Of a DNA stretch of 35,954 nt, positions 24,066 through 35,197 are shown one piece after another. How positions within the stretch are numbered: the first letter of the stretch is position 1; every line of letters starts with the position of its first letter. A program made the position numbers and the translations under genes. Origin of the DNA: Nemertoderma westbladi (lineage: Eukaryota; Animalia; Xenacoelomorpha); the NCBI GenBank assembly GCA_032718475.1, contig JAUCBJ010002813.1, positions 1 to 35,954 on the forward strand. Direction: 5' to 3'. Under the pieces are notes generated by a model. It was given only the letters and a program-made list of their open reading frames with translations, was not told the DNA's origin and ran no database searches.

Positions 24066-24319
24066 TTATAATTTCACTAATTGTGTATTGAGTGTTGACT
24101 GAAGGGAAAGTGGAAGTAAGAGTGATTTAGTAGATGATTTCAGAAAAATGCTTCTTACATTCCAACATTCGACTATCTAGCTCTACTACTACTGTTTCAA
24201 GTAGCAACTTCCTACACGGTAAAATCGCAAATGTAAGGATAAGGTATGTTTGCTATTGAAACCAAAAAATAAAAATAATAATTAATTATTAATTATAAAT
24301 AAATATTATATTTACCCAC

Positions 24320-24992
24320 CTATATTCCTCCTTAAACTGTTGAGGTCTACCAGCGCAATGTTCTGACCGTTGATAACAATGGAGCCGCTCTGCGGATCCA
24401 GGAAGCGATATAGAAGACGTACGATGGTGGACTTACCGCTCCCACTGGGCCCAACCAGCGCGACGGACTTACCCGACGGGACGGAGAAGGACAAACCCCG
24501 CAGGATCGGTCGCTCCTCGACGTAGCCGAATGTGACATCGTCGAAGCGAATATCGGAGCGGTCCGCTGCCACGTCTAAGTCCGGCGCGCCCGGACACGAG
24601 ACGATTGCGGGGCGAACGCGTTGCAGCTTAAAGATCTGTTCCATGTCGGTCGCGGATATCAGCATAGTGCGGTAACTGGATCCCAGCAGGTTGAGCGGGA
24701 GAGACAACTGAAAGATCAAACCGTTTACCATAACCAGATGACCCACTGTCAGCTCTCCCGCCTGGATGCCCTTACACGCCCATATCATAACCGTCGCCAA
24801 AGCCGCGCTGATAATAACATTCTGGCCGAAGTTGAGGAAGGCCAGACTGTTGAACACTGATATGGACATCTTCCTGTATTGGGCGAGAGCGCGGTCGTAA
24901 CGTGAGACTTCAAAGGATTCGTTGTTGTAATATTTAACTGTTTCGTAATTAATCAGAGATTCTATAGCGTGTGAGGATGCTTTTTGGTCGGC
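24320..24992 (-). CDS. ABCB7: ABCB7-like exon (TM4-TM6 region, Walker A)
   Basis: aatag|GCCGAC...ATAG|gtgggt. Encodes AIESLINYETVKYYNNE, LNFGQN, LTVGHLVMVNGLIFQLSLPLN (ABCB7/ATM1-type) and GPSGSGKST. Upstream exons were not found in the window. Confidence 0.93.
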
Positions 24993-26449
24993 CTATTGGT
25001 GGAAAAGTAATTAGGATATCGTTATCAAGAGATAGATTCATTCTGGAAAATTGATCTAAATTTGAGTTCTAGAATTATACTGTGAGTGAAAGCAAAATTT
25101 CCCAAAAGGTGGTTTCTGGTTTCACTTTACATTACTGCTCTAATCATCGCTATATAAAGTATAAACAATAATTTCATCTGCATTATAATATAAAATCTGT
25201 AAACAATTTTTATTTGTAAAAATATTTTTTTCCCTCAGTAATGTTTGGAAAAGACAGAAAGATAGCATTTGCTTATTATAAATACCCTAATTTATATACC
25301 TACTTACTTATACTTTATAAAAAAAGGTAAAGTTAGCGATGTAAGTTACTTATACATACTTATAATACTATTTAAAGTTATACCTTTTTTGAAACAAAAT
25401 TTCAAAATTCTGTCAACACAATTTTTCCGCGGAAAGTGCCAATTTTCACATGGGAAAACACATTAAAAAAAGGACCGAAAAGAGCCCCCCTCCCCCACGC
25501 ACCCTTAATGCCTTAATAAGTCACAAATTTTAAACTATGTTACTTATGCCCGCCGTGTCCTGCCTATTGTAGGTGGAAGTTAAATTTTCGTAAGGAGCTT
25601 ATTGACTGTCACTTGAACTATATAATGTTGAGAATTTATGTTATCTCAATTTGAAATACCTATGTTCTGAGTTACTGAATTACATCACTGTTAATTAATT
25701 GATTTAGGTTTATAAGCTGGTTCTTTATTGTATTGTGGGGCAAGTCGCACCCAATCTCGCACCAATAATTAAATTAATAATTAATTAAGCTACTAATAAT
25801 TAAAGCTAATAATTAAGTATTACTTGACAATGTAATAAAAGTACACCATTGTGTGAAAAGGGCATTAATCAGCGTTAAAAAACCTTGAATATTTATGTAA
25901 ACCTCCCTCGCTGCCATCGTTCGGTACAAAAAATACACTCTGGTCATAACGCAGAAGAGTGCTACTTTTGTAAATAGTATTGTATACATTAATTAAATTC
26001 TGAAATTACGTCTTTCAACGAAGATATTGAGTAATTGCATTCAGATGTTGAGAAAATATCAATTAATTTAACTATGTTGTATGTAGTATTTTGAATGCCT
26101 CCTTATCAAAGCAGATGGGGGTGGGGGGGGGGGGGCGTTCGACGCAATCAAAATACATCCCTCTACAGTGGAAAATCGACGCAAATAACAGCTGATTAAT
26201 CTAAAAAAATTAAACTGTAAACTGTTCTATTGACTTTAGTTTATTGTTTTGGTTCCGAGATGGCATTTGAGGAAAGTCCCCCCACCCCCTGTCTCTAGTA
26301 CAGACAACTCAGGGTTTGAAAAATGAAGAGTTTACTTATTATCATCTAATACAGTGATATTAATGTATAGTTACTTTACAATTACAATTAAATCTCCCTT
26401 AGAAAATATGTCAAGACAGGGTCTTGCGTTTGAGTCAACATTAGCGAGG

Positions 26450-28615
26450 TTAGTCGCAATAACTCAGCATATAGTCTCGGGTGAGAGTTTCATTTTTCAG
26501 GCAAAAACATTTGTTTTCCGTTCTCGTGAACTCTGTAGCTGGCCCCAGTCCATGGTAGTCACGAAGTTTCCTTCGCGGGAGAAACTTCTGTCGGTGGGGT
26601 CTGATTATCACCTGAACTCTGAAGTATTCCATCACAGCCAACAAAGGAATCCATATTAGATTGAATAAAATTAGAAGAACTCCAATGGGTTTGAACCAAT
26701 CCGGGTGAGGTTTATATGTGTTCTTTATACCCCTGTGTTTTGTACCATTGATGTAACCGTGTTCTGCATGCGTTTCGATATAGGCTGCTTCATACTCAAA
26801 ACCAACTCCAATTGCGTTAAATAAAACAAAAATTAAATTGGTAACACATAAAAACGGGGCTGTGTATTTCATTGCGAAAGACATTAATATCCCAGGCTTT
26901 TTACCAATAAGTGTCTCGTATTCTATTGTAATGCGTTTTAGTCCGACGCCGTATACCAAACATATATGCGTAATGGTTACAATAATAGCGTGATTGATAC
27001 CCTCGGCATATTGCTCGTACATCTCCCGTAGAATCGGCCCGATATTCAGAGCAAAAACCAAATTCATACAAAACCCTGTGAGGCAGAGCAAAACAACACG
27101 CACTGGTTCTTTTATTTTCAGAATAAATATGTAGTCCCCTAACGCGTTGTGGAGAACCTGAAAATAACCAAACATGGAATCTATTCCCAAAGTGATTAAA
27201 GCCAAATAGAGGAGACCACACCAGAAGTGAGCAGACTTGTTGAATGTATGTAAGATGTTGTCTGTCAAGGTAACGAATGCAAATCTAGGGCCGCGTCTGG
27301 TACCATAGTAAAGTCTTTGCGCCAAAGTTTCATCGCCAATCGAAAGTGTTTCATTACGTTTAATCCACCGAAATAATGTTGTGGCGTATTCCTCTACTTT
27401 ATCCTTGTATTCAGGCTTGGTTTTACAGTCTGCTAAGTTCATGTTAAGTTCTTCGCAAATCGTATGTTCCGCTATTTGATACACCTCTTCCCCTTTTAGT
27501 GCAAAAACCATCAGTGCGCCGAGCGTTTCGGTAACTATTAACATTACTATAATGTATAAGGCATCGTGATGACATTTATTAGTTCGCTTCATAGTAGATC
27601 CCATAAGGCAAAGGAATCCAGTGTTGAGAGCGAATGTCTCCTGGACATGTTTCGATGCTTCCATGAAGAAGTACTGCCATCTGGTGGCCACGTAATCCAT
27701 ATCGGGAACTAGGAAACTCTTAATCCCGCTGGCACCGCCACCAGACTCAGTCCTAACCAGGTTGAAAAGAAACATTAAGAGTGCAAAGTAGGGGAACGTA
27801 GCAGTTAGATAAACCACATTCTTGGAGGTGTGGACGCCGTGAATAAGAGAGAAACAAATCATCAACCAGCAAGCAAACATGCAGAAGGCCATTTTAATGT
27901 TGAATTGGATATCTGTATCTATATCTAGAGCCTTCCCCAGAGTTGTATTGTAGTAGAAGTATTCTGAAGGATATTCGGGATGGCATTCCGGCACAAACCA
28001 CACTTCTCTTACACGACCACCCTCATGTAAAGTACTGTTTAATTCCTGGCATCGTTTCCACGGTAAGTTGTATTGAAACGACATAAAAAAATACATGACG
28101 CAGTAAGCAACAACGGTGTTGTATGAAATCGCCCTTAGCAGACAATTAACCACCTGGGCGAACCCAAAACCCGCCATGTAGGGATTGATAGTGTGATACA
28201 TGTTCCAAGGCCCTTGTAACGTCAATTGTCCTAATAACAATTCTAATGTCATTGATGGAAGAGCTAAGGCGAAACAACACAGCAGATAAGGGACTAGAAA
28301 TATTATCCCGCCGTTTCTTATCATTAGTAGAGGGAAATCCCAAATAGTTCCTAGACCAACGACATATCCTGTAATAGCCAGTATATATTGCACCTTATTA
28401 TCCCATTCAGTCCAATCTTGATCAGGGTGCCATTTCTTCCATTTAAAATACTCATCTTTTGACGAGGATAACTGGTACATCTTTAGATCGTCTTCATTGA
28501 TGGCTTTGTGGGTGTTGCTGAACTCAGTATCAAAGGCCTCTTCACTGAGTGTCATTCTTCTCAATATGACATTAGGGTCGTCATGGCGGGCCATCATGGA
28601 GGTTACCGAAAGCAT
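26450..28615 (-). CDS. Intronless SLC6/NSS sodium-dependent transporter (721 aa), divergent
   Basis: Motifs WDNKVQYILAITGYVVGLGTIWDFP..NGG..FLVPY, LELLLGQ, LPWKRC, KNVVYLTATFPY, GPRFAFV and LGIDSMFG. About 12 hydrophobic segments. Confidence 0.93.
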   Translation of the reverse strand: MLSVTSMMARHDDPNVILRRMTLSEEAFDTEFSNTHKAINEDDLKMYQLSSSKDEYFKWKKWHPDQDWTEWDNKVQYILAITGYVVGLGTIWDFPLLMIRNGGIIFLVPYLLCCFALALPSMTLELLLGQLTLQGPWNMYHTINPYMAGFGFAQVVNCLLRAISYNTVVAYCVMYFFMSFQYNLPWKRCQELNSTLHEGGRVREVWFVPECHPEYPSEYFYYNTTLGKALDIDTDIQFNIKMAFCMFACWLMICFSLIHGVHTSKNVVYLTATFPYFALLMFLFNLVRTESGGGASGIKSFLVPDMDYVATRWQYFFMEASKHVQETFALNTGFLCLMGSTMKRTNKCHHDALYIIVMLIVTETLGALMVFALKGEEVYQIAEHTICEELNMNLADCKTKPEYKDKVEEYATTLFRWIKRNETLSIGDETLAQRLYYGTRRGPRFAFVTLTDNILHTFNKSAHFWCGLLYLALITLGIDSMFGYFQVLHNALGDYIFILKIKEPVRVVLLCLTGFCMNLVFALNIGPILREMYEQYAEGINHAIIVTITHICLVYGVGLKRITIEYETLIGKKPGILMSFAMKYTAPFLCVTNLIFVLFNAIGVGFEYEAAYIETHAEHGYINGTKHRGIKNTYKPHPDWFKPIGVLLILFNLIWIPLLAVMEYFRVQVIIRPHRQKFLPRRKLRDYHGLGPATEFTRTENKCFCLKNETLTRDYMLSYCD

Positions 28616-28787
28616 GTAATATAACGTGGTGTTTACTTAGCCTGTCACCTCACGTCCACCCCAGTGCGATTTTATTATTAATTTTAATTAGGGGTCGTCC
28701 ATAAAGGCCGTCCGAGGTCCTGTGGTATACGGAACTAGTGTAGTGGCATATAATGTGTAGCCCACAAAAAGCAATAGAAATTAAAAT

Positions 28788-29385
28788 GGCAACAGTTCCG
28801 CCCGTCCCCTCATATTCAAATTTTTTTACTAGCTATTTTTAAGCAGTTTTTTTACATATTTTATGTTCTAGAACATATCCCGCGGCAAGAAAATATATAT
28901 TTTTTTATTGTAGCTATTATTTTTTGGCTAGCTACTATTTGAAAAAAGAATTACTAGCTCTTTTTAAGCGCAGAATTATTTCTTCAAAAGTATAAGATAC
29001 AGTATCTAAAGAAACATGACATTCTGGAATATTTTGTTACTTGCAAAGTAAAAAACTGTCACTAAACAATAACTGGAATTGAAAAGAGTAAAAGAAAGGA
29101 TGAAAGAAATCCATTCTTGGATATAATAAAGAAATAAAAGCAACATACCCTGTTGATTAAATTAAATACTGTTTAAATATATGGAAATGTTGAATGCAAT
29201 ATCATTGAATTAATAAAAATAAAAAAAATAAAACTTTTCCTCTTTTTAAAAATGTTCTAGAACAAAATATAACTTGTTCTAAACTATTATTAAATGTTCT
29301 ACAACACTTTACACAAACACTAAAGAGGTAACTTGTACATTTTGGTATAAAATTGAAATGGGGGGAAGGGCGGAACTCTATAGCC
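28788..29385 (+). mobile_element. Merlin-like deletion derivative 1
   Basis: 8-bp TSD ATTAAAAT (28780-87, 29386-93). GG-starting imperfect TIRs sharing agttccgccc.tcccc. Remnant NPFLDII/EIKATYPVD* near 29108-29160 resembles a Merlin transposase C-terminus. Confidence 0.7.
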
Positions 29386-29830
29386 ATTAAAATACTAGCT
29401 AAAAAAAATAGTAGTTAAAAAATACTAGCTAGTGAAAACAAATTGCTACCATAAAAAAATATGGTACAAATTTTCTAGAACATTAAAAAAGTTTAAGACC
29501 ACCTTAACAAAATGTCGGACCGGACAGGCCAAGTAAAAACACATAACGTATCGATTGTGCTTGTTCTGGGGTTCTCGATCTGGAATGCTTAGATCTACGA
29601 CTCAATATTGATTTATCGCTCTTCATAACTTTCATTTCAACATTTTCACCCATTTTGATCTATCACGGTGTTCTGATATATTTTGCAAACAATCCCGAAT
29701 TACAGGAGTTTATCCAAAGTCATATAATACTGTAATATGAATATAAGAAGCAGTTTAGCTAGCCATCGTATTTCCAATTAGAAGGCAAAAAAAGGCAAAA
29801 ATTAGTTTCTCAGCAGCTTGGTCTATAGTG

Positions 29831-30720
29831 GTGCGGTCCAGCGGTGACATATTAAAGGCCTTCCAATCGGGAGGCCCTAGATGGGAATGGTTTGATTCGA
29901 TCCCTAGGGTATTAGTATGGCCTGTGACCCCACTTTTTGATGAAAAAAACTAACTAGATAGTCTATTTAGATAGAGTCTAACTAAACTGAAAAAACTAAC
30001 TAGATAGAACGATCTATTGCGATGTTCCAGAATGTTATTTGACAGTTGCCATGGTTACCATTTTGGAGAAAAAAGGCGTTTTAAGAATGTTAGTTTTGAA
30101 AATTTATGTACAATAAAATTGCTTAATTTTGCGTGGATGTGGGGACATGCCAAGCTAGGCTTGATGAGGAACAAGAGAGGAACCAATAAGAACCTGTTAC
30201 AGAATCATCTCGCTGAATTTTGGTGGCGAAATTACAACAGGGAGGCCCCATTCAGCAAACTGATAACACTAATAGACAAAAACAAAAAACTAATCAATTT
30301 ACATTGTTATATTCATTAAATAACATATTCGATTAACCTTCAATACATCATTATTTACAACACTTGGTTACCATAGCAACACAAGAAAAATGTTCCAGAA
30401 TGTAGAACTTGAGTGGGGCAAACATAATACCAACATATGTAGCTAGTATATTATCATAAATTACTAGCTAGTTTTTTTCATCAAAAAGTGGGGTCACAGG
30501 CCATACTAATACCGATCCCTAGATGGGGCAGCAATGTTTGGGCACAGTGTTTTAAATTCTGCAGCCTAGCCCAAAACTCGCTTTCATCCTTCACTGGTCG
30601 ATAAATGGGAACCAAGGCAACTTGAGAAGCACTGTGAAAGAGTTTACTGTGGAAGATCACTCATGGTGGAGAACCTGAACAGGCATTACTTGGCTTAACG
30701 AGCCTAAACAAATATCCCAT
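29831..30720 (+). mobile_element. tRNA-derived SINE interrupted by a Merlin element
   Basis: A-box-like cggtccagcgg, Gly-TCC-like gccttccaa and B-box-like gattcgatccc. After the insertion, aactcgctttcatccttcactggtcgataaatgg resembles a conserved SINE central domain. The 3' end is approximate. Confidence 0.6.
29908..30513 (+). mobile_element. Merlin (IS1595/ISXO2-like) deletion derivative 2
   Basis: 45-bp perfect TIRs GGTATTAGTATGGCCTGTGACCCC... and 9-bp TSD GATCCCTAG (29899-907, 30514-522). Retains WGHAK..RGTNKNLLQNHLAEFWWR..APF, the Merlin transposase C-terminus. Confidence 0.9.
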
Positions 30721-30969
30721 TCAAAAGGCAAAAATACGACACTAGCTATTAATAGTTGACATGCTCTCCCGGTCAACGTAAACGTAATGTTTCGTTTTCA
30801 CAATCATAATAAATTTTGATACGCATGTTAGCTAGAAAATACTGGCTGCAGTACTATAGACCGAGCGAACGTAATAACTTCAACACCTTTCTATAATGAT
30901 TACACACTTACACTACATCAATAGTAACCTTACGATCTCTATTCCTGGGAATAGCTTATGACGCCTTTA

Positions 30970-31171
30970 GGGCGGTTTACACGTGGCAACGTTTTGGGCA
31001 ACTTTGTCAGCAACTAGTAACTTAATTTTTAACAACTTAACTTGACGTGCAGTGTAAACAAACGTGGAAACTGTTTTTACAGCAACTCTGTGATTAAACA
31101 AAGCAACTTAATCGGAAACTGTTGGATAACGAAAAAGGGATCTCAAAAAGTTGCAGAAGTGTAAACAGACC
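30970..31171. mobile_element. PIF/Harbinger-like MITE
   Basis: Ends gggcggtttacac and gtgtaaacagacc (11/13 match). TTA/TTT flanks. Internal gcaac repeats. Confidence 0.5.
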
Positions 31172-31290
31172 TTTTTAGTGTACAAACAGAATAAAACAAA
31201 TTATAATTAATAGCTTGCTATAATGCTGGTATATTAAATGTTCTAGAACACAACTGTTAAAGTATAAAGTATAAAATGTAAATTTCATTA

Positions 31291-32108
31291 CACCATAACC
31301 CTTAATACAACAACCATTTTTAGGGGGTCGGAGCCCCCCCCCCCCCCCCCCCTCCCTAATTTTTTTCAAATTTCAATAAAATTCTACGAATTTTGGTATG
31401 ATGATTGATCGACACCTTTTCTTACTGGTGCCCTGACCGGATTTTTTAATTTATGAGCTATTTCGATACAACAAGCCGTTAAAAATCGTCTATTTCGCAA
31501 TATTTAGCCATCTCCGTCGGATTTATTTTTCGTCTTTGGAATGAAATCTAGATATCATTAGAACCGCCTTCATCTGCAGATTCCGAATATGAAACCCGTT
31601 GTAAATTTCACCAAGAATTTCCGGAGATATTATCAAAATACTAAGGTGTCAATTTTGTGACGTAAATCGCTATAATTCTAATGTTTTTTTATTCAATTCT
31701 AGAATATTAATTATGGATAATGAAAAAACAAGATGGAGAGTTTTAAACGCTCAGCTAAATAATAATTAATATTCTAGAATAAAGACAACAAAACATCAGA
31801 ATTATAGCAATTTACGTCTCTAAATTCTAAACAGACGAAGGTGGTTCTAATGATATCTAGATTATATACATTTCAAAGACGTAAAATAAAGTCTACGGAG
31901 GTGGTTAAACATTGCTAAATAGACATTTTTTAAGGGATTGTTCTATGGAAATAACTGAGAAATTAAAAAATCCGGCCAGGCCACCAGTAAGAAAAGGTGT
32001 CGATCTATCATCATATCGAATTTCGTAGCATTTTATTGAAATTTGAAAAAAATTAGGGGGGGGGGGCTCCGACCCCCTAAAAATTGTTGTTGTATTAAGG
32101 GTTATGTG
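31291..32108. mobile_element. Foldback MITE with TA flanks (Tc1/mariner-like)
   Basis: Nearly the whole element is an inverted repeat (cataacccttaatacaac... / ...gttgtattaagggttatg) around a ~45-bp spacer near 31715-31760. TA on both sides. The right arm has an internal deletion. Confidence 0.85.
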
Positions 32109-32805
32109 TATCCCGACAAAGGTGGCTATATATACAAGTGGCGACACAGGTGCTGACAGAGTGCCGATACAAGTGCCTACAAGTGTCGACACAGGGGCCT
32201 CATATCTGACTCCACTGCGACACCCACCCTGTGGAACGGCAAACCAGGGTGTGGTATTTGCCCCGAGAGCTGACTCGGCAAAAAAGCACCACAGTAGTAA
32301 TGGTTACCCCTTTTCGGCGACAGTTGGACCTACTTCGCACCTTGGGTGTTAAGTAGGTCATTAATTAATTAAACAATTAATTAATTGGTCGATTAAACAA
32401 TTAATTAATTGTTTAATCAATCGATTTGTATCAAATAATGTTGCCAAAGGAAATTTAATTTGACACAAATCAATCAGATAGGGACGCGAGATGAATAAAT
32501 TGTACTACAGCAAACGAAATATACAATACAATAGGCACTGTGCAATACAATATACAATACATTTGTATTATTTTTGCCATACAGTAGGTAAAGGTAGAAT
32601 TAAATATAAACATGCGAGCGGGGCCCAAAACATAAATTACCCTCACTCGAAAATAAAGTGGACCAGTTTGGCCCTGAGTCATCCCTCAATAATCTGCGGT
32701 CGTTGCATTAGCTCAACAACAAAGGCAATACCCAAACACCATGTCTCAAATTAACCCCAACCTTCTCTATACTAGTTACTGTAGTTTTTCTCGCGCATAC
32801 CAACT

Positions 32806-33105
32806 TCAATCCCACACCTCTTCTCCCCACGCCATCGAACATTCTCCTTTCTTCTCTACCTTTTTTTCTTTTTTCTCTTCTTTTTTCTCCTCTTTTATTT
32901 TCTGAAAAATTGAGTTCCTGTTCCTATATTCGCAATACCGCAGATGGTGGTCCTTTTCAGCTTCTCTGAAACTGTGTGCGGCTTCGAAAGGACACTGAAC
33001 CATTTTTTCGCTGGGAAAGTTCTTACGACATTTTCTTAAATGGTTGACATATTTTTCTGAATGAATTCGGTGTGTGGCATCATACGGACATATAAAATAT
33101 TCCAT
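32806..33105 (-). CDS. GTSF1: GTSF1/Asterix-like protein with two CHHC (U11-48K-type) zinc fingers, 99 aa, intronless
   Basis: CPYDATHRI..YVNHLRKC and CPFEAAHSF..KDHHLRYC. K/E-rich linker and tail AWGEEVWD. ATG at 33105. Confidence 0.85.
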   Translation of the reverse strand: MEYFICPYDATHRIHSEKYVNHLRKCRKNFPSEKMVQCPFEAAHSFREAEKDHHLRYCEYRNRNSIFQKIKEEKKEEKKEKKVEKKGECSMAWGEEVWD

Positions 33106-33198
33106 AGTAACAAAAGACAAAAGACAAAAGACAATTTATTTAGATTTACTTTTTAAAAAAAAAACTTTGAAAAACCTCGCTTAATAATTTTTAGAGAT

Positions 33199-33231
33199 AA
33201 TGATCTAACTTTACATGGTTTTATTTATATA
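33199..33231 (-). promoter_or_regulatory. TATA + Inr core promoter of the GTSF1-like gene
   Basis: TATATAAA starts at 33231 and TCATT has its A at 33201 (30-nt spacing). Confidence 0.6.
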
Positions 33232-34158
33232 GAAAGGTCCACCTTAACATTTCAAACAGAACCATAGTTTTTGGTATGGCATGCGTGAAGGATTAAGCAT
33301 CCCACGGAATCCCACGTTGAGTTATACTCTAGAATGAAATATAAAGACACAATCGGGGCCCAAAACATAAATTACCCTCACTCGAAAATAAAGTGGCCCA
33401 GTTTGGCCCTGAGTCATCCCTCAATAATCTGTGGCTGTTGGGCTCTTATTAACCGTAGCATGACTAATCCAAACATCGAATCCTATACTGTATGTCAACG
33501 CGTGAATGGGACCTGCCACAGAGTTTAAATTATTCAAACCTATAGCTTCGTTATTACATCAATTCGTCCGAGAAATTATAATAAACATCTGCTCTTGCAA
33601 TAGTTTGCATTCTTTCGCATTGTATTGCGAAGCAGTCCACGCGCGTTTGACCGCACATAATTAAATAAGGCCCTCTTTTAATACATAAGTTATATACAGT
33701 TTATCTTAAATTTATTGATTTTGTTTTTATTTACAACCCTAATTGTTCTACCGTATTATAATTTATGTTTTATTATAACAAGCTATACCCTGTTAATCTT
33801 TATTAATTTTATTTGTACTGAGGTTTTCGAGGGTGCTGTTTCCAATGGTCCTACTCTCAAAACGATGTAACCTACTGTATAATTAATTACTTAAGTCTGC
33901 GAGGTATGCGTAAGTAACAAATCTCGTTTACCAGTTTTCCTTAAAAACTATGAAGCTATATTGCTTAAGAGTTCTGAGGGGCGAGCCATGAGGCAAGGTG
34001 TTTGATACTTTTTAGATATATTATTACTTAATTTTGACCCCCCCCCCCAGTCCATTAATTTGCATACCCATTCTGATGCAGCAGCCCATTCATTACACAC
34101 ACTTTTCTCCAGCACACTCCCTGCTTCTCAATTCACCCCATTTCCCATCCTAACTAAC

Positions 34159-34560
34159 CCACAGCCACAACCACAACCACAGCCACACCCACAACCACAG
34201 CCACAGCCACAACCACAACCACAGCTACAGCCACAGCCACAGCCACGGCCACAGCCACAGCCACAGCCACAACCACAGCCACAACCACAACCACAGCCAC
34301 AGCCACAGCCACAACCACAGCCACAGCCACAACCACAGCCACAGCCACAACCACAGCCACAACCACAGCCACAACCACAGCCACAGCCACAGCCACAACC
34401 ACAGCCACAGCCACAGCCACAACCACAGCCACAACCACAGCCACAGCCACAGCCACAGCCACAACCACAGCCACAGCCACAACCACAGCCACAGCCACAG
34501 CCACAGCCACAGCCACAACCACAGCCACAACCACAGCCACAACCACAGCCACAGCCACAG
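34159..34560. repeat. (CCACAR)n hexamer microsatellite, ~67 units
   Basis: Continuous ccacag/ccacaa array. Confidence 0.95.
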
Positions 34561-34902
34561 CCACTGCCACCACTTCTCCCCACAGGAGAATATTTGTTTA
34601 TCTGTTGTCAAAATGTTTAACTAATTTGATGTTTTGGTTACTCATTCATTATGCATTTAAAATAGGATCAGACAGGACTGATCATTTATAGTGGTTTATA
34701 ATATATAATATATATTAGACCATTACACAAATTAAAATTACAAATACAAATACCCACCACCACACAAAACGACTCAGAACTCAGGATCAAGTTGACTTTA
34801 TTTGTTTAATTAAGATTTGCATATTATTATGAAATTACATAATTAATACGACTAAATATAATAAATATTTCAAACATATACAATATTTCAGTTATAATTA
34901 AT

Positions 34903-35197
34903 GTCTCGCACTAACTGTACGACTGTTACTGTTCATAATCCTAGGTCGATATACAACAGTTGCTGGAGATATAACTTTTCCATTCCCAACTCTGATTTTC
35001 TGTCCATTTTCATTGTCATTCTCCTCTGATGCTTCCTCACTGTCATCGTCTGCACTGTCTCGCACTAACTGTACGACTGTTCATACTCCTAGGTCGTAAT
35101 ACAACAGTTACTGGAGATATAACTTTTCCATTCCCTACTCTGATTTTCTGTCCATTTTCATTGTCATTCTCCTCTGATGCTTCCTCACTGTCATCGC
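34903..35197 (-). repeat. ~150-bp tandem duplication of the 3' end of the 242-aa ORF
   Basis: 34903-35048 repeats 35057-35197. The second copy is out of frame and ends VSARH*. Confidence 0.85.

Larger units (their letters stand above)
32595..33434 (+). repeat. ~105-bp direct repeats (32595-32699, 33330-33434) flanking the GTSF1-like gene
   Basis: The 81-bp core cggggcccaaaacataaattaccc...aataatctg.gg differs at 2 positions between copies and contains TGAGTCA. Confidence 0.9.

Noticed and set aside
29831-29907. Functional tRNA-Gly gene
   Set aside because: No complete cloverleaf, interrupted by a transposon, and followed by SINE-like body sequence.
32491-33528. Two plus-strand ORFs sharing GAQNINYPHSKIKW
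   Set aside because: The similarity comes from the DNA direct repeat. There is no other coding evidence.
34060-34620. Poly-PQ, poly-GC, poly-VA or poly-WL proteins
   Set aside because: A hexamer array is open in many frames. The A/G variation is synonymous in three of them, so it does not pick a coding frame.
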